From positions 160,001 to 224,000 of the forward strand of contig CAXNJO010000004.1 in the NCBI GenBank assembly GCA_964202905.1: a stretch of 64,000 nucleotides of DNA, given 5' to 3'. A program made the translations under genes and the position numbers. This document shows, piece by piece, positions 19,833 to 31,846 of the stretch. Under the pieces are notes generated by a model. It was not told where the DNA came from and did no database searches. It saw only the letters and a list, made by a program, of their open reading frames with translations. This DNA comes from Polyangiales bacterium. Its GTDB lineage: Bacteria; Myxococcota_A; Polyangia; Polyangiales; JADJQN01. Numbering within the stretch: position 1 is the first letter of the stretch; every line of letters starts with the position of its first letter.

Positions 19833-22281
19833 GTGGGTGAGGGCGGCCGCCGCGCGACGCGCCTCGACCGGATCGCCCTCGGCGCTCTCGGGCTGGTCGT
19901 GGTGGGCGCGCCGCTGCCCCTCGGCGCGACGCCCGGCTGGGCGGTCGTCGGGGTCACGGTGCTCGCGGGGGTTGCACTGCTCGCCTCGGCCGCAGTCGCG
20001 CGGACGCGCGCCACCGGAGTCGCGGTTCCCGCGACGATGCTGCTCGCTTGCGGCCTGGCGGTGTGGACGGGCCTTCAGGCGCTGCCGCTTCCTTGCGCCG
20101 TCGCGGCGTGGGTGCACCCGGCGGCCGCCGAGGCCGCGACGTCGGCTGCGTCGCTGACGGGGGCTGCCCCTTGGTGCGCGGCGAGTCTCGACCCGGGCGC
20201 GACACGCGAGCGATTTCTCGTGGCATGGGGGCTCGCGAGCGTCTTCGGGAGCGCCCTTCTGCTCGCTTCGACGGTGGGAAGACGGCCAGTCGTGATGCTG
20301 GTCGGCATCAGCGCCGTGCTCGGGGCGGTCGTCGGAGGCGTGCACTGGATCGCCGGAGCGACCGAGTTGTTCGGGGTGTTGTCGCCGGTATCCGCTGTGC
20401 CGCGTCTCGTCGGCCCGTTCGTCAACCCGAATGTCGCCGGGGGCATGCACGCCCTCGGCGCTCTCGTGTGCATGACCCTCGCCGCCGACGCCGATGCGAG
20501 AAGCGAGACGTTGGCGTGGGGCACGCTCGCATTTCTTTGCGCTGCGATGTGCATCGCGACCCTGTCGCGCGGGGCTGTCGCAGCGCTCGTGGCCGGAATG
20601 GTCCTCATGGCCCTCGCGCTCGGCCGTCGGAGACGGGGGCGGCACGCTAGCCTTCCGCGGCTGGGGTCGCGTGGACTTCTCGTGATGCCCGCCGTGGTCG
20701 CTGCGTGGATCGTCGCCACCGACGCGAGCCGGGGTGTGTTGGGCGATGAGTTGGGCAGCAGCGACCTGAGCAAACTCGGTTTGATTGGCCGTGCCGCGCA
20801 GTTCGCGCTCAGCGCTCCTTGGACGGGCGTCGGCCGAGGCGCGTTCGGGGTCGCGTTCGCGCGCGAGGTCGGGACGCTGCAGCGCTTCGAGCATGCGGAG
20901 AGTTTCCCCGTCGAGTGGGTGGTCGACTGGGGAATTCCGGTCGCGGTGCTGGCCCTCGTCGTGATCGGGCGCGACGTGCTCGACGCTCTCCGCCGCAGCA
21001 AGAAGACCGTGACGCGCGGCGCGATCGTCGCGCTCTTCGCGTACGGCTGTCACAACCTCGTCGACCTCGGAACGGAGATCTACGGCAGCGTCGCTCGTCG
21101 CGGCGGCGCTCGCCGGCGCGGGCTTCGCGCGTCACGCGGACTCGGCGGCGACTCCGCGCGTCTGGACCGCACGCCGCATCACGATCGCCAGCAGCGCTGT
21201 CGGCCTGGTCACGATCCTCGTCGCGCTCGCTTCGGGCATGCCCGTCGTGACGAGCCAGACGGCGGTGGCGCGCGCGCAGCTCGAGCGGAGCCTCCGGGAG
21301 CGCGATCATGCATCGTTTCAAAACACGCTGCGTGAGGCGCTCCGAGCGCACCCGAGTGAGCCGGCGCTCGCCTTGCTGGCTGCCGCGGAGTCCGTCCAAC
21401 GCGACGCCCCCGACGCCGTGCGCTGGATCACCCGCGCGATGCAGTTGGCACCGCGTTGGCCTGCGCCGCACGAGCTGGCGGCCCGTTGGCTTTTCGCCCA
21501 CGGTCGCCACGATCAGGCGGTGCTGGAACTCCGCGAGATCGCGCGGCTCGACGAGGGCTCGGCCGTGACGGTGCTGTGCCGTCTCCCGGTCGCGCAGCGA
21601 CGTGCGGACACGATCCTCTTCGTCGCGCGGGCGTCGCGGCGCGGGCTCGCGATGGCCGAGCGCGTCGCGGGCTGCCTCGACGCTCGGGGCAACGAACTGT
21701 CCCGCCTCGACGAATCGCTCCTCGGCGTGCGTCCACGCCTGCGCGGTCCACAGTTTCGTGACGCCCGCCGGGCCATCGAGCGCGGGGGCGAGGCGAACGG
21801 AGTCGCGCGCGCGCGCGCCCTCGTGGCCGCGCTGCCGGACGACCCCGACGCGGAGGTCCTCCTCGCGGAGGCCCTGGTGAGGGCGCGGAAGGGCGCGGAC
21901 GCCCTCGCCGTGCTGCAACGCGCGGAGCAGCGGGGCAGTCTCCCGCGGGCCGCGCTGCCCTGGAAGGCGCGCGCGCTCGCGATGGAAGGCGACTTCGACG
22001 CGATGCGCCTCGTGTTCGAGGAGATGCGCGGATTGTCCGGCGGCGAGGGGCGCCTCATCGCGGAGGTCGACCTGCAGCTCGGCACGCTCGAAGAGTCCGC
22101 GCGTCACCATGGGCAAGCGCTCCGCGCCTACGAGCAGGCCTCGCGCATCGCGCCGAACGCAGCGGCGCTGCGCGGCATCATCCGGTGCGCCGAGCGATTG
22201 GCGTTGCCGGACCGCGTCCGGTCAGCCCGTCAGGAACTGTGCGAACTCGTCGCCGACGAGCCCGGCTGCCCGGCGCGCTGA
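19833..22281 (+). CDS. O-antigen ligase / oligosaccharyltransferase-family membrane protein with C-terminal TPRs; frameshifted near 21090
   Basis: GPFVNPN, TLSRGA, PWTGVGRGAF, HAE, HNLVD. After EIYGS the hydrophobic frame continues as LVAAALAGAGF... into the TPR ORF 21238-22281. Confidence 0.75.
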
Positions 22282-22388
22282 ATGTCGGCTGTCCGGGCCG
22301 CAACCGACCCCCAATCCACCGTGATCGTGCGGCCAGGAGGGGCCCCGCGAGGCTTGACGATGGGCACTTCGGCCGATAAGGAGCGGGC

Positions 22389-24659
22389 GTGGCGGAGCAA
22401 CCAGAGGGGCTAGCAGAGCCGGTCGCCGAGGCTCGCCGCGCGCGGAGCGGAGGCGCCGAGTCCTTCGACCCTCGGGTGCAACTCCGCATCATCTACGCGT
22501 ACAAGTGGCTCGTGTTGGCGGCCCTCGTGCTCGTGGGCGGTGGCGTCGCGCTCTGGACGCTGCGCCAACCTCGCATTTACGAGGCCACCTGCACGATTGA
22601 GTACGATCCCAACCCGCCCAGACCGCTTGGCCAGCAGGTCGAGGACGTCGCCCAGCCCATGGGCAACTTCTGGCAGACCCGCGAGTTCTTCGAGACGCAA
22701 AACCGAATCATCGCGAGTCGCGCCGTCGCCGAGCGCGTCGTCCGCCGCCTCGGCCTCCACCACGACGCGGCGTTCGCGGGCGTGCCCCCCGAGCAGCGAG
22801 CCGGTTGGCGCGGCGTCGACATCACGACGGCGTCGGAGATGTTGCGGCGCCGCGTGCAGGTCGAGCAGGTCCGCGACACGCGCCTCGTTCACGTCCGCGT
22901 GCAGGACGCCGAGCCCGCCAAGGCGCAGCTGCTGGCCAACGCCGTGGCCGACGCGTACGTCGACAAGACGATGGAGGACCGCATGGGCTCCACGTCGCGC
23001 GCGCTCGAGTGGCTCGGTCAACAGGTGGACACGCTGCGCGGCCGTCTCGACGCGTCGGAGACCTCGCTCCACGAGTTCAAGCGTGAACACGGCGTCCTCT
23101 CGGTGTCCGTCGAGGACCGCCAGAGCCTCGTCGCGAGCGAGATCCAGAAGCTCAGCGAGGCGCTCACCGAGAGCAGCATCCGCCGCATCGCGCTGCAATC
23201 GCGCGTCGCCGAGCTGCGCAGCGCGGCCCAGCGCGATCCGCTCGAATGGAGCCCCGTGGAGTCGCTGCCCACGGTGCAGACCTTGCGCGAGAGCCTGCGC
23301 GCGAAGATGGTCGAGCGCGACGCGGCAGCGCAGCGCTACGGCGACGCCCACCCGAAGATGCAGGCCCTCGACTCCGAAATCCGCGCCCTGCGCGTCGATC
23401 TGACGGAGGAGGTCGGTGCGGCGGTCGCGGGCGCGGAGAGCGAGCTGGGGCAGGTCCGGCGAACCGAGACGGGCATCCGCGCGGCGCTCGCCGACGCGAA
23501 CGAACGTGGCTTGGAGCTGAATCTCTGGGAGATCGAGTACGGTCGCCTGAACCGAGAGCGTGAGAGCGGCTCGAAGGTCTACGACCTCGTCCTCAAGCGA
23601 ACCGCGGAGACGGACCTCACGCGCATGCTGCGCGTGACGCACGTCCGGATCGTGGACCGCGCGCTCGTCCCGACGACCTCGGTGAGCCCGAAGGTCCGCT
23701 TCAACATCTCGCTCGGGCTCTTCGGCGGCCTCTTGCTCGGCGTCGTACTCGCGCTCGGCATCGAGCGGATGGACCGCCGCATCCGCAGCGTGGAGGACAT
23801 CGAGCAGCTCGACGTCGCCGTGCTCGGCCTCGTACCGCGGATGGAGGACGACCCGTCCCCGCGCACGCGCCGCAGGGCGCGTGGCGGGAACAAAATCGTG
23901 GGTTCGCGCGACCTCCTCGCACACGAGCAACCGATGTCGACGGTCGCCGAAAGCCTCCGTTCCGTCCGCACGAACCTGGCATTCATGGGTATGCGCGGTG
24001 GATTGCGCTCGTTCGCGGTGACGAGCGCCGCGCCGCGCGAAGGCAAATCCACGGTCGTCACGAACCTCGCGACGAGCATCGCGCAGAGCGGCAAGAGGGT
24101 GTTGCTCATCGACACCGACCTGCGGCGCCCTCGCTTGCACCGCACGTTCTCGGTCGCGCCTGGCGTCGGGATCACCAGCGTGCTGATCGGGGACGCGCAG
24201 TTCGACGAGGCGGTGAAGTCGACGCCCGTGGCCGGGCTCGACCTGATGCCCTGTGGGCCGATCCCGCCGAACCCCTCGGAGCTGCTTCACACCGCGCAGT
24301 TCCGGCAACTCCTCGCGACCGCGCTCTCGAAATACGACCACGTCATCTTCGACAGCCCGCCCCTCGGCGCCGTCACCGACGCCGCGATCATCGCCCCTCA
24401 ACTCGATGGCGTCATCCTCATCGTGAAGGCGCAGTCGACGACGCGGGAGTCCGTGCGTGGCGCGCTCCGCCAGCTTCGCGACGTCAACGCCAACATCCTC
24501 GGCGCAGTCCTCAACGACGTCGACCTGAACTCCGGCCGCTACGGGGAGTCCTACTACTACTACCGCTCCGGCTATTACACGGCCGACTCGCCCAACGACG
24601 CCAAGCGCGGCGGGGGCGGCGACGCCAGCCCGCCGAAACTCCGCGAGAGCCCCGAATGA
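22389..24659 (+). CDS. wzc: Polysaccharide co-polymerase / BY-kinase
   Basis: Two TM segments flanking a coiled coil, TSAAPREGKS, IDTDLRRP, FDSPP, and a C-terminal Tyr cluster YGESYYYYRSGYY. Confidence 0.92.
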   Translation: MAEQPEGLAEPVAEARRARSGGAESFDPRVQLRIIYAYKWLVLAALVLVGGGVALWTLRQPRIYEATCTIEYDPNPPRPLGQQVEDVAQPMGNFWQTREFFETQNRIIASRAVAERVVRRLGLHHDAAFAGVPPEQRAGWRGVDITTASEMLRRRVQVEQVRDTRLVHVRVQDAEPAKAQLLANAVADAYVDKTMEDRMGSTSRALEWLGQQVDTLRGRLDASETSLHEFKREHGVLSVSVEDRQSLVASEIQKLSEALTESSIRRIALQSRVAELRSAAQRDPLEWSPVESLPTVQTLRESLRAKMVERDAAAQRYGDAHPKMQALDSEIRALRVDLTEEVGAAVAGAESELGQVRRTETGIRAALADANERGLELNLWEIEYGRLNRERESGSKVYDLVLKRTAETDLTRMLRVTHVRIVDRALVPTTSVSPKVRFNISLGLFGGLLLGVVLALGIERMDRRIRSVEDIEQLDVAVLGLVPRMEDDPSPRTRRRARGGNKIVGSRDLLAHEQPMSTVAESLRSVRTNLAFMGMRGGLRSFAVTSAAPREGKSTVVTNLATSIAQSGKRVLLIDTDLRRPRLHRTFSVAPGVGITSVLIGDAQFDEAVKSTPVAGLDLMPCGPIPPNPSELLHTAQFRQLLATALSKYDHVIFDSPPLGAVTDAAIIAPQLDGVILIVKAQSTTRESVRGALRQLRDVNANILGAVLNDVDLNSGRYGESYYYYRSGYYTADSPNDAKRGGGGDASPPKLRESPE

Positions 24660-26416
24660 CCGCACCCAACTACATCCTTGGCATCAACGCGTTTCACGCC
24701 GACGCGGCCGCCGTGCTGCTGCGCGACGGCGAGGTGGTCTGCGCCATCGCCGAAGAGCGCATCAACCGCGTCAAGCATTTCGCAGGTTTCCCGGCGCTCG
24801 CGATCCGGCGCTGCCTCGAGGTCGCGGGCATCGACGTCACCCGCGTCGACCACGTCGCCGTGGGCCGCGACGGCAGCGCGAACCTCATGCAGAAGCTCGC
24901 GTTCGCTGCACGAAACCTCCCGAACATCGGGCAGCTCGCGAAGCAGCGTCTCGAGAACCGGGCCAAGGTCCGCGATACGCTGGCGCTGCTGGCGGACGCG
25001 TGTGGGGTCGAGCGGGGCGCGGTGCGCGCGACGTTCCACGGGGTCGAACACCACCTCTGCCACGCTGCGAGCGCGTTCTTCGCGTCGGATTTCGACGAGT
25101 CGGCCATCCTCTCGATCGACGGATTCGGCGACTTCGCTTCCACGATGGTCGCGCACGGTCGGCACGACACGATCGAGGTGCTCGATCGCGTGTATTTCCC
25201 GCACTCGCTCGGCATCCTCTACACGGCCGTCTGCCAGTACATCGGTTACGGCGGCTACGGCGACGAGGGCAAGGTCATGGGACTCGCGCCCTACGGCGAG
25301 CCGCGATTCATGGACGTGATGCGTGACCTCGCGCGCGAGCGCGAGCGCGGGAAGTTCGAGCTCGGACTCGACTACTTCGTGCATCACACGGAGGGCGTCG
25401 ACTACAGCTTCGACGACCAGGGAAACCCGACCGTCGCGCCCCTCTTCTCGAAGGCGCTGGTCGAGCGCCTCGGCCCCGCGCGCAAGAAGGGTGAGCCGCT
25501 CGAGCAGCGGCACATGGACCTCGCGCGCTCGCTGCAAGGGCGCCTCGAAGAGCTGTATTTCCACGTGTTGCGGGATCTCCACCACCGCGTCGGCTGCGAC
25601 GCCGTGTCCATCGCGGGCGGCGTGGGACTGAACTCGGTGGCGAACGGGAAACTCTTCGCGAACACGCCGTTCCGGCGGCTCGCGACGCATCCGGCCTCGA
25701 CCGACGACGGCACGGCGTACGGTGCCGCGTTGTACGTGCACACGGTCACGCTCGGGTGCGGCCGCCCGGAGCCTCTGCGCACGGCCTACCTCGGAGACGC
25801 GTATTCCGACGACGAGATCCGTGTGGCGCTCGCGCAAGCCGGGATCGACGACGCGCGGCACGTGTCCGATGACGAGTTGTACGCGCTGACGGCGAAGCGC
25901 ATCGCGGCCGGCCAGGTGGTCGGCTGGTTTCAAGGGCGAATGGAATGGGGGCCCCGCGCGCTCGGGGCGCGCTCCATCCTCGCGCACCCCGGCCACCCGG
26001 ACATGAAGGACATCCTCAACTCGCGCATCAAGCACCGCGAGTGGTTCCGGCCGTTCGCGCCCTCGATCCTCGAGGAGCGTACGGGCGACTACTTCACGGA
26101 GACCTGGCCGTCACCGCACATGATGCAGGTCTACGACACGCGCCCCGAGGGCAGGGCGCACCTCGTCGCGGTCGATCACGTCGATCACACGGGGCGCCTG
26201 CAGACGGTGAGCGAGCGCGAAGCGCCCCGGTATTACCGCCTGATTCAGGCGTTCGAGCGCGAGACGGGGATTCCCGTCGTGCTGAACACCTCGTTCAACG
26301 AGAACGAGCCCATCGTGCATACCCCGGCGGAGGCGATCGACTGCTACGCGCGGACGCGGATGGACGTGTTGGTCATCGGCAACTGGGTCGCCGAGAAGGT
26401 TCCGCCCTCGCCGTGA
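24656..26416 (+). CDS. NodU/CmcH-family carbamoyltransferase
   Basis: AEERINRVKH, EHHLCHAASAF, GRMEWGPRALGARS, LNTSFN. Confidence 0.93.
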   Translation: MTAPNYILGINAFHADAAAVLLRDGEVVCAIAEERINRVKHFAGFPALAIRRCLEVAGIDVTRVDHVAVGRDGSANLMQKLAFAARNLPNIGQLAKQRLENRAKVRDTLALLADACGVERGAVRATFHGVEHHLCHAASAFFASDFDESAILSIDGFGDFASTMVAHGRHDTIEVLDRVYFPHSLGILYTAVCQYIGYGGYGDEGKVMGLAPYGEPRFMDVMRDLARERERGKFELGLDYFVHHTEGVDYSFDDQGNPTVAPLFSKALVERLGPARKKGEPLEQRHMDLARSLQGRLEELYFHVLRDLHHRVGCDAVSIAGGVGLNSVANGKLFANTPFRRLATHPASTDDGTAYGAALYVHTVTLGCGRPEPLRTAYLGDAYSDDEIRVALAQAGIDDARHVSDDELYALTAKRIAAGQVVGWFQGRMEWGPRALGARSILAHPGHPDMKDILNSRIKHREWFRPFAPSILEERTGDYFTETWPSPHMMQVYDTRPEGRAHLVAVDHVDHTGRLQTVSEREAPRYYRLIQAFERETGIPVVLNTSFNENEPIVHTPAEAIDCYARTRMDVLVIGNWVAEKVPPSP

Positions 26417-26802
26417 TGGCGGCCGGCGACACGCGCGAGGCCGACCCGACGCCGCGGTCGGTCGCGGCCGATTTCGCGCGCGCGCACGCCGCCCTCGAGG
26501 CCGAGATCGCACGCGCGGAACCGCACGATCCGCTCGTCTTCTATCGCTTGCGCGACGTCGCACTCGCCGCGCGCGCCTTCGCGGAGCTGCTCTTCGAGGG
26601 GGCCGGTGTACGGATCGCGCCGCACGGCGAACTGGCCACCGCGCTCGCGGCGCTCGCGCCGCTCGCCAACAGCCACGTGCTGGCGTTCCTGCACGCGCCG
26701 CCCACGCGCGTCGTGGAGCAGGGGCGGGCCGCCGCAGCGCTGGTGTCGTCCCTCCTCGATGCCATCGTGGGGGATGGTTTCGTCGCGCGGGGCGCGCCAT
26801 GA
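26416..26802 (+). CDS. Hypothetical protein, 128 aa
   Basis: Translationally coupled on both sides (TGATG and ATGA); no recognised motif. Confidence 0.55.
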   Translation: MAAGDTREADPTPRSVAADFARAHAALEAEIARAEPHDPLVFYRLRDVALAARAFAELLFEGAGVRIAPHGELATALAALAPLANSHVLAFLHAPPTRVVEQGRAAAALVSSLLDAIVGDGFVARGAP

Positions 26803-28028
26803 AGATCGCGCTCCTGCACCAACACTATTGGCCGGAGGTCGCGGCCACCGCGCAGCTGCTCGCAGATTTGTGTGAGGATCTCGCCAGCGCGGGTCACGAG
26901 GTGGCCGTCTATTGCGGTCAACCCTCCTACCGCGAGGTGACGCGCCGCTCGCTTCCGGCGCACGAGCGCCATGCGGGCGTCGACATACACCGGGTGTGGT
27001 CGTATCGCCCTGAGCAGCGGACGATCCCGGGCCGCATGGCTCAATACGCGTCGTATTTCGCGGCGTCGCTCGGTGCCATCGCGGCGCGACGCGAGCGCCC
27101 GGACATCGTATTCGTCATGTCCACGCCACCACTCCTGCTCGGGGTGAGCGGCGTGGCGCTGCGGACGCTGCGCGGCATTCCGTTCGTCTACTCAGTGCAG
27201 GACCTCTACCCGGACGTCGCCGTCGATCTCGGCGTGCTACCGCGCGGCCCGCTCGCGTCGTCGATCGATCGCGTCGCCACGTCGCTCTACCGCTCGGCCG
27301 CGCGGCTCGTCGCGGTGTCGGAGTCGATGGCCGTTCGCCTCGTGCGCAAGGGCGTGCCGCCGGACCGGATCGACGTCATCCACAACTGGGCCGACACCGA
27401 CGCGGTGGTGCCGCTGCCGCGCGACAACGACTTCGCGCGGGCGCACGACCTCGCGGCGCAATTCGTCGTGCAATACGCGGGGAACGTCGGGCGCAGCCAG
27501 GGGCTCGAGCACCTGCCCGCGGCGGCCGCAGCCCTGCGCGACCTGCCGATCACGTTCGCGATCGTGGGTGATGGGGACGCGCGCCCCGCCCTCGAACGCG
27601 AGGTCGCGCGCATGCATCTGACGAACGTGCGGTTCCTTCCACCCCAGCCCCGCGCGTCGCTCGCGGGGATGCTCGCGTCGAGCGACCTCGGGTTCGTGCC
27701 GATGCGTCGTGGCATCGGGGGAGACCTCATGCCGAGCAAGCTCTATGGGATCATGGCCGCCGCGCGGCCGGTTCTCGCGGCCGTGGAGGACGACACGGAG
27801 GTCGCGACGGTGGTGCGTCACAACGCGTGCGGCATCGTGGTGCCCGCCGAGGACCCGCGCGCGCTGGCGGACGCGATTCGCGCGGCCTGGGTCGATCGCG
27901 GCGCGCTCCCCGAGGCTGGGGCCCGGGGCCGCAGCGCGTGCATCCGGCTCTTCAGTCGCGGCGCCGCGACGCGCCGCTATGCCGAAGTGCTCGAGCGCGC
28001 GGTCGTGACGCGGCCGGGGGCACATTGA
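26799..28028 (+). CDS. Glycosyltransferase family 4 (WbuB/WcaI-like)
   Basis: QHYWPE, VQDLYPD, YAGNVGRSQGL, MPSKLYGIMAA. Confidence 0.9.
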   Translation: MKIALLHQHYWPEVAATAQLLADLCEDLASAGHEVAVYCGQPSYREVTRRSLPAHERHAGVDIHRVWSYRPEQRTIPGRMAQYASYFAASLGAIAARRERPDIVFVMSTPPLLLGVSGVALRTLRGIPFVYSVQDLYPDVAVDLGVLPRGPLASSIDRVATSLYRSAARLVAVSESMAVRLVRKGVPPDRIDVIHNWADTDAVVPLPRDNDFARAHDLAAQFVVQYAGNVGRSQGLEHLPAAAAALRDLPITFAIVGDGDARPALEREVARMHLTNVRFLPPQPRASLAGMLASSDLGFVPMRRGIGGDLMPSKLYGIMAAARPVLAAVEDDTEVATVVRHNACGIVVPAEDPRALADAIRAAWVDRGALPEAGARGRSACIRLFSRGAATRRYAEVLERAVVTRPGAH

Positions 28029-29557
28029 AGTCCGCGCTCGCCGCGTTCCTGATCGCGTCCGCCGCCGCTGCGGCGCTCACGCCGATCGTGCGTTTGTTCG
28101 CGTCGCATCTCGGGGTCGTCGATCAGCCGGGAGGGCGTCGTGTGCACACGCGCGTGATCCCGCGGCTCGGCGGAGTCGCCGTGGTCATCGCCTTCTTCTC
28201 TTCGCTTCTGGTGTTGTTCGCGCTCGAGACGTCGCTGGCCCAGTCGTTCTTCCGCGACCCGCAGCGCGTCGTTGGGCTCACGGCCGGCGGACTCCTCGTC
28301 TCGGGCCTCGGGATGATCGACGACGTCGTGGGCGTCCGGGCCTGGAAGAAGCTCGGCGTGCAGAGCGTCGCGGCCCTGATCGCGTGGGCGGCGGGCTTCC
28401 GCATGGAGGCGATCGGGCTGCCGCTGCTCGGCAACGTGGAGCTCGGGTGGCTCGGCGCGCCGTTCACGATGCTGTGGATCGTCGGGGTCATCAACGCGCT
28501 CAACCTCATCGACGGGCTCGATGGGCTCGCGGCGGGCATCGCGTTCTTCGCGTGCGTGACGAACTTCGTCGTCGGTGCGATCAACGGGTTACCGCTCGTG
28601 ATGCTCCTCTCGGCCGCCCTCGGCGGGGCGGTCCTCGGCTTCCTCCTCTACAACTTCAATCCCGCGACGATCTTCATGGGCGACTCGGGGAGCATGTTCC
28701 TCGGGTTCACGCTCGCGACGACGTCGATGATGGGCTCGTCGATCCAGGGATCGACGACCGTGGCCATCCTCGTCCCGGTGCTCTCGCTCGGCGTGCCCGT
28801 GGTGGACACGCTCTTCGCGATGGTTCGTCGGTTCCTCGAACGCCGCCCGATCTTCTCACCCGATCGCGGGCACATCCACCATCGTCTCCTCGATCTCGGG
28901 ATCACCCATCGGCGCGCGGTGCTCATCCTCTACGGGATGTCGGTGGTCCTCACTGGGGGGGCGATCACCGTGGCGCTCGGGCGCAACTGGGAGGTCGGCG
29001 CTGCGCTGCTCCTCGTGAGCATCGCGATGGTCGGCCTCGTGCGTTTCGTCGGCTACTTCGAATACGTGCAGATCCGGCGACGTCAGCGTGAGCGCATCAG
29101 CTCCGCCGACGTCGTGAAGCTCCGCGACGGCGTACCGGCCGTGATCACGCGGCTGCAGGGCACCGCCGACGTCGAGTCGGTGATGCGTGAGCTCGGCACG
29201 TTCGCGGTCTCGACGGCGATGCACTCGGCCGTGCTCACGGCGCCGGCGGGCGCGCGGGTGGCTCCGGTGTCCTTCATCCCCGTGCAACCCGGTGAGGAGG
29301 GCACGGCGCCCTTGGTGGGGCACGTGCGGGCGAGTTTCCCCCTGCGCTCGCTCGGGGCAGGGGTCGTGCTCAAGTTCGCGTGGCGGTCTGAGGACGCGGA
29401 GGTCTCGCCGCAAGCCGACATCCTGCTCCAACTCGTCGCGGACACCGCGGAGAAGCGCCTCGCGGAGCTGACGTCGAGCGACCGCCACAGCGGTTCGCCC
29501 ATCGCCGATCTCAACGATCACCGGGACAAGGTCCGCCGCCGCCACGAAGCGGGCTGA
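28025..29557 (+). CDS. wecA: WecA/MraY-family undecaprenyl-phosphate HexNAc-1-phosphate transferase with C-terminal extension
   Basis: PRLGGVA, GMIDD, NALNLIDGLDGLA, FMGDSGS, DRGHIHHRL. Confidence 0.85.
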   Translation: MKSALAAFLIASAAAAALTPIVRLFASHLGVVDQPGGRRVHTRVIPRLGGVAVVIAFFSSLLVLFALETSLAQSFFRDPQRVVGLTAGGLLVSGLGMIDDVVGVRAWKKLGVQSVAALIAWAAGFRMEAIGLPLLGNVELGWLGAPFTMLWIVGVINALNLIDGLDGLAAGIAFFACVTNFVVGAINGLPLVMLLSAALGGAVLGFLLYNFNPATIFMGDSGSMFLGFTLATTSMMGSSIQGSTTVAILVPVLSLGVPVVDTLFAMVRRFLERRPIFSPDRGHIHHRLLDLGITHRRAVLILYGMSVVLTGGAITVALGRNWEVGAALLLVSIAMVGLVRFVGYFEYVQIRRRQRERISSADVVKLRDGVPAVITRLQGTADVESVMRELGTFAVSTAMHSAVLTAPAGARVAPVSFIPVQPGEEGTAPLVGHVRASFPLRSLGAGVVLKFAWRSEDAEVSPQADILLQLVADTAEKRLAELTSSDRHSGSPIADLNDHRDKVRRRHEAG

Positions 29558-29600
29558 TGCGGCGTGCGGGGGGCCGTCGGGCGCGCGGCAGCTCGCGCGC

Positions 29601-30884
29601 TCAGAGCACCCAGTAGGTCCGCAAGGCGGGCACATCGCCCGCGTCGAAGAACGACTTCACGTCGCCGACCACACCGCCGGGTTTCACGACCCGGGCCAGC
29701 GGCTCACCCGCCAGCGCGCGGTACTCGCGGTGGGCGACGGCGAGGACGAGACCGTCGAGGTCGACGAAGCGCTCCATCCCCACGAGTTCGAGTCCGTACT
29801 CGTGCATCGCCTCGGCCGCGTCCGCGCGCGGGTCGTGGACGAGCGGCTCGACGCCGAAACTGCGCAGCTCCGCGACGATGTCGGGCACGCGGCTGCTGCG
29901 CAGATCGGGCACGTTCTCCTTGAAGGTGAGGCCGAGAATGCCGACCTTCGCGCCCTTCACGACGGCGCCCGCGGCGATCATCTCGCGCACCATCCGGCGC
30001 GCGACGTAGGCGCCCATGCCGTCGTTCACGCGGCGACCGGCGAGGATGATGGCCGGGTGGTAGCCGAGGTTCTCGGCCTTCGAGGTGAGGTAGTAGGGGT
30101 CTACGCCGATGCAGTGGCCGCCGACGAGTCCGGGCGAGAAGCGCAGGAAGTTCCACTTGGTGCCCGCGGCGTCGAGGACGTCGCGCGTGCGAATCCCCAT
30201 GCGATCGAAGATCATCGCGAGCTCGTTCATCAGCGCGATGTTCAGGTCGCGCTGCGTGTTCTCGATGACCTTCGCGGCCTCCGCGACCTTGATGCTCGGG
30301 GCTCGGTGCACGCCGGGCTTGACGATGCTCTCGTAGACGCGCGCGACGCGCTCGAGGGTCTCGTCGTCCTCGCCGGCGACGATCTTCACCGTCGTCTCGA
30401 GGGTGTGCTCGCGGTCCCCGGGGTTGATGCGCTCGGGCGAATAGCCGAGGCGGAACTGCGCGCGGGAGAGCCCTGAGGCTTTCTCGAGGAGCGGCGCACA
30501 GACGTCCTCCGTCACCCCCGGGTACACCGTCGACTCGTAGACCACGACCGCGCCGGGCTGCAGCAGCTTCGCCACGGTCTCCGTGCCGCGCAGGATCGGG
30601 CCGAGATCGGGCTGCCGGTTGGCGTCGATCGGCGTCGGGACGGTCACGATGAAGAACGTCCCGGGCCCCACCTCCGCGAGGTCCGACGTGAGCCGCAACG
30701 GCGTGGTGCGCAACTCCGCGGGATCCGTCTCGTTCGTCCGGTCGAGCCCCTCGCGCAGCTCCTCGACGCGGCGCGCAGAGATGTCGAAACCGACGACGTG
30801 CGCATGGTGGCGGGCGAGCGCCACGGCGAGCGGGAGGCCCACATACCCGAGGCCGATGACGACGATCTTCTCTTCCTGGTTCAT
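29601..30884 (-). CDS. UDP-HexNAc 6-dehydrogenase (WbpO/TviB-like)
   Basis: [47 protein letters not shown]. Confidence 0.92.
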   Translation of the reverse strand: MNQEEKIVVIGLGYVGLPLAVALARHHAHVVGFDISARRVEELREGLDRTNETDPAELRTTPLRLTSDLAEVGPGTFFIVTVPTPIDANRQPDLGPILRGTETVAKLLQPGAVVVYESTVYPGVTEDVCAPLLEKASGLSRAQFRLGYSPERINPGDREHTLETTVKIVAGEDDETLERVARVYESIVKPGVHRAPSIKVAEAAKVIENTQRDLNIALMNELAMIFDRMGIRTRDVLDAAGTKWNFLRFSPGLVGGHCIGVDPYYLTSKAENLGYHPAIILAGRRVNDGMGAYVARRMVREMIAAGAVVKGAKVGILGLTFKENVPDLRSSRVPDIVAELRSFGVEPLVHDPRADAAEAMHEYGLELVGMERFVDLDGLVLAVAHREYRALAGEPLARVVKPGGVVGDVKSFFDAGDVPALRTYWVL

Positions 30885-31846
30885 GTCGGGGACCTGTCGC
30901 TGCCCGCGTCGCGGACGTTCGCTGTGTGGGCTGCGAAGTAGGCGAGGGTGCGCGCGAGGCCCTCGCGGAGGGGGACGCGCGGGGCGAAGCCGAGCCCCTC
31001 GCGGGCGCGTGCGATGTCGGGACGGCGCTGCCGCGGATCGTCCTGCGGCAGGGGTTTATGCACGACGTCGACCGGGCGCCCGAGCACCTCGCCGATCAGC
31101 GTGGCGAGCTCGAGCATCGTGAACTCGACCGGATTGCCAAGGTTCACGGGGCCGATCTCGGTGGGGTTCTCCATGAGCCGTACGAAGCCTTCGACGAGGT
31201 CGTCGACGAAGCAGAAGCTCCGCGTTTGCTTGCCATCTCCGTAGAGGGTGAGCGGTTCACCGCGCAGCGCCTGGACGATGAAGTTCGAGACGACGCGGCC
31301 GTCGCCCTCCTGCATGCGGGGGCCGTAGGTGTTGAAGATGCGCGCGACGCGGACCTCGACCCGATGCTGGCGATGGAAATCGAAACACAGGGTCTCGGCG
31401 GCACGCTTGCCCTCGTCGTAGCAGGCACGCGGACCGATCGGGTTCACGTGCCCCCAGTAGGACTCGGGTTGCGGATGCACGTCGGGGTCGCCGTAGACCT
31501 CGCTCGTGGACGCTTGGAAGAAGCGGGCACCGACCTCCTGCGCGAGGCGCAGTCCGTGCAGCGTGCCGAGCACGCTGGTGAGCATCGTGTGGACGGGGTC
31601 GCGCTGGTAGTGGACCGGGCTCGCAGGGCAGGCGAGGTTGTAGATCCGGTCGACGAGGTAGTGGTACGGCTGCGTGACGTCGTGGTGGACGAGCCGGAAG
31701 CGCGGGTGCGCCTCGAGGTGCGCGACGTTCTCGCGGGCGCCGGTGTAGAGGTTGTCGAGGGCGACCACCTCGTGCCCGTCCGCGAGCAGCCTGTCGCAGA
31801 GGTGCGACCCGACGAAGCCGGCCCCACCGGTGACGAGCGCGCGCAT
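30881..31846 (-). CDS. uxs: UDP-glucuronate decarboxylase (UDP-xylose synthase)
   Basis: [50 protein letters not shown]. Confidence 0.9.
   Translation of the reverse strand: MRALVTGGAGFVGSHLCDRLLADGHEVVALDNLYTGARENVAHLEAHPRFRLVHHDVTQPYHYLVDRIYNLACPASPVHYQRDPVHTMLTSVLGTLHGLRLAQEVGARFFQASTSEVYGDPDVHPQPESYWGHVNPIGPRACYDEGKRAAETLCFDFHRQHRVEVRVARIFNTYGPRMQEGDGRVVSNFIVQALRGEPLTLYGDGKQTRSFCFVDDLVEGFVRLMENPTEIGPVNLGNPVEFTMLELATLIGEVLGRPVDVVHKPLPQDDPRQRRPDIARAREGLGFAPRVPLREGLARTLAYFAAHTANVRDAGSDRSPT

Noticed and set aside
21238..22281. Stand-alone TPR gene
   Set aside because: The frame is open and hydrophobic back to about 21090, so it is better read as the frameshifted C-terminus of the ligase-family gene.
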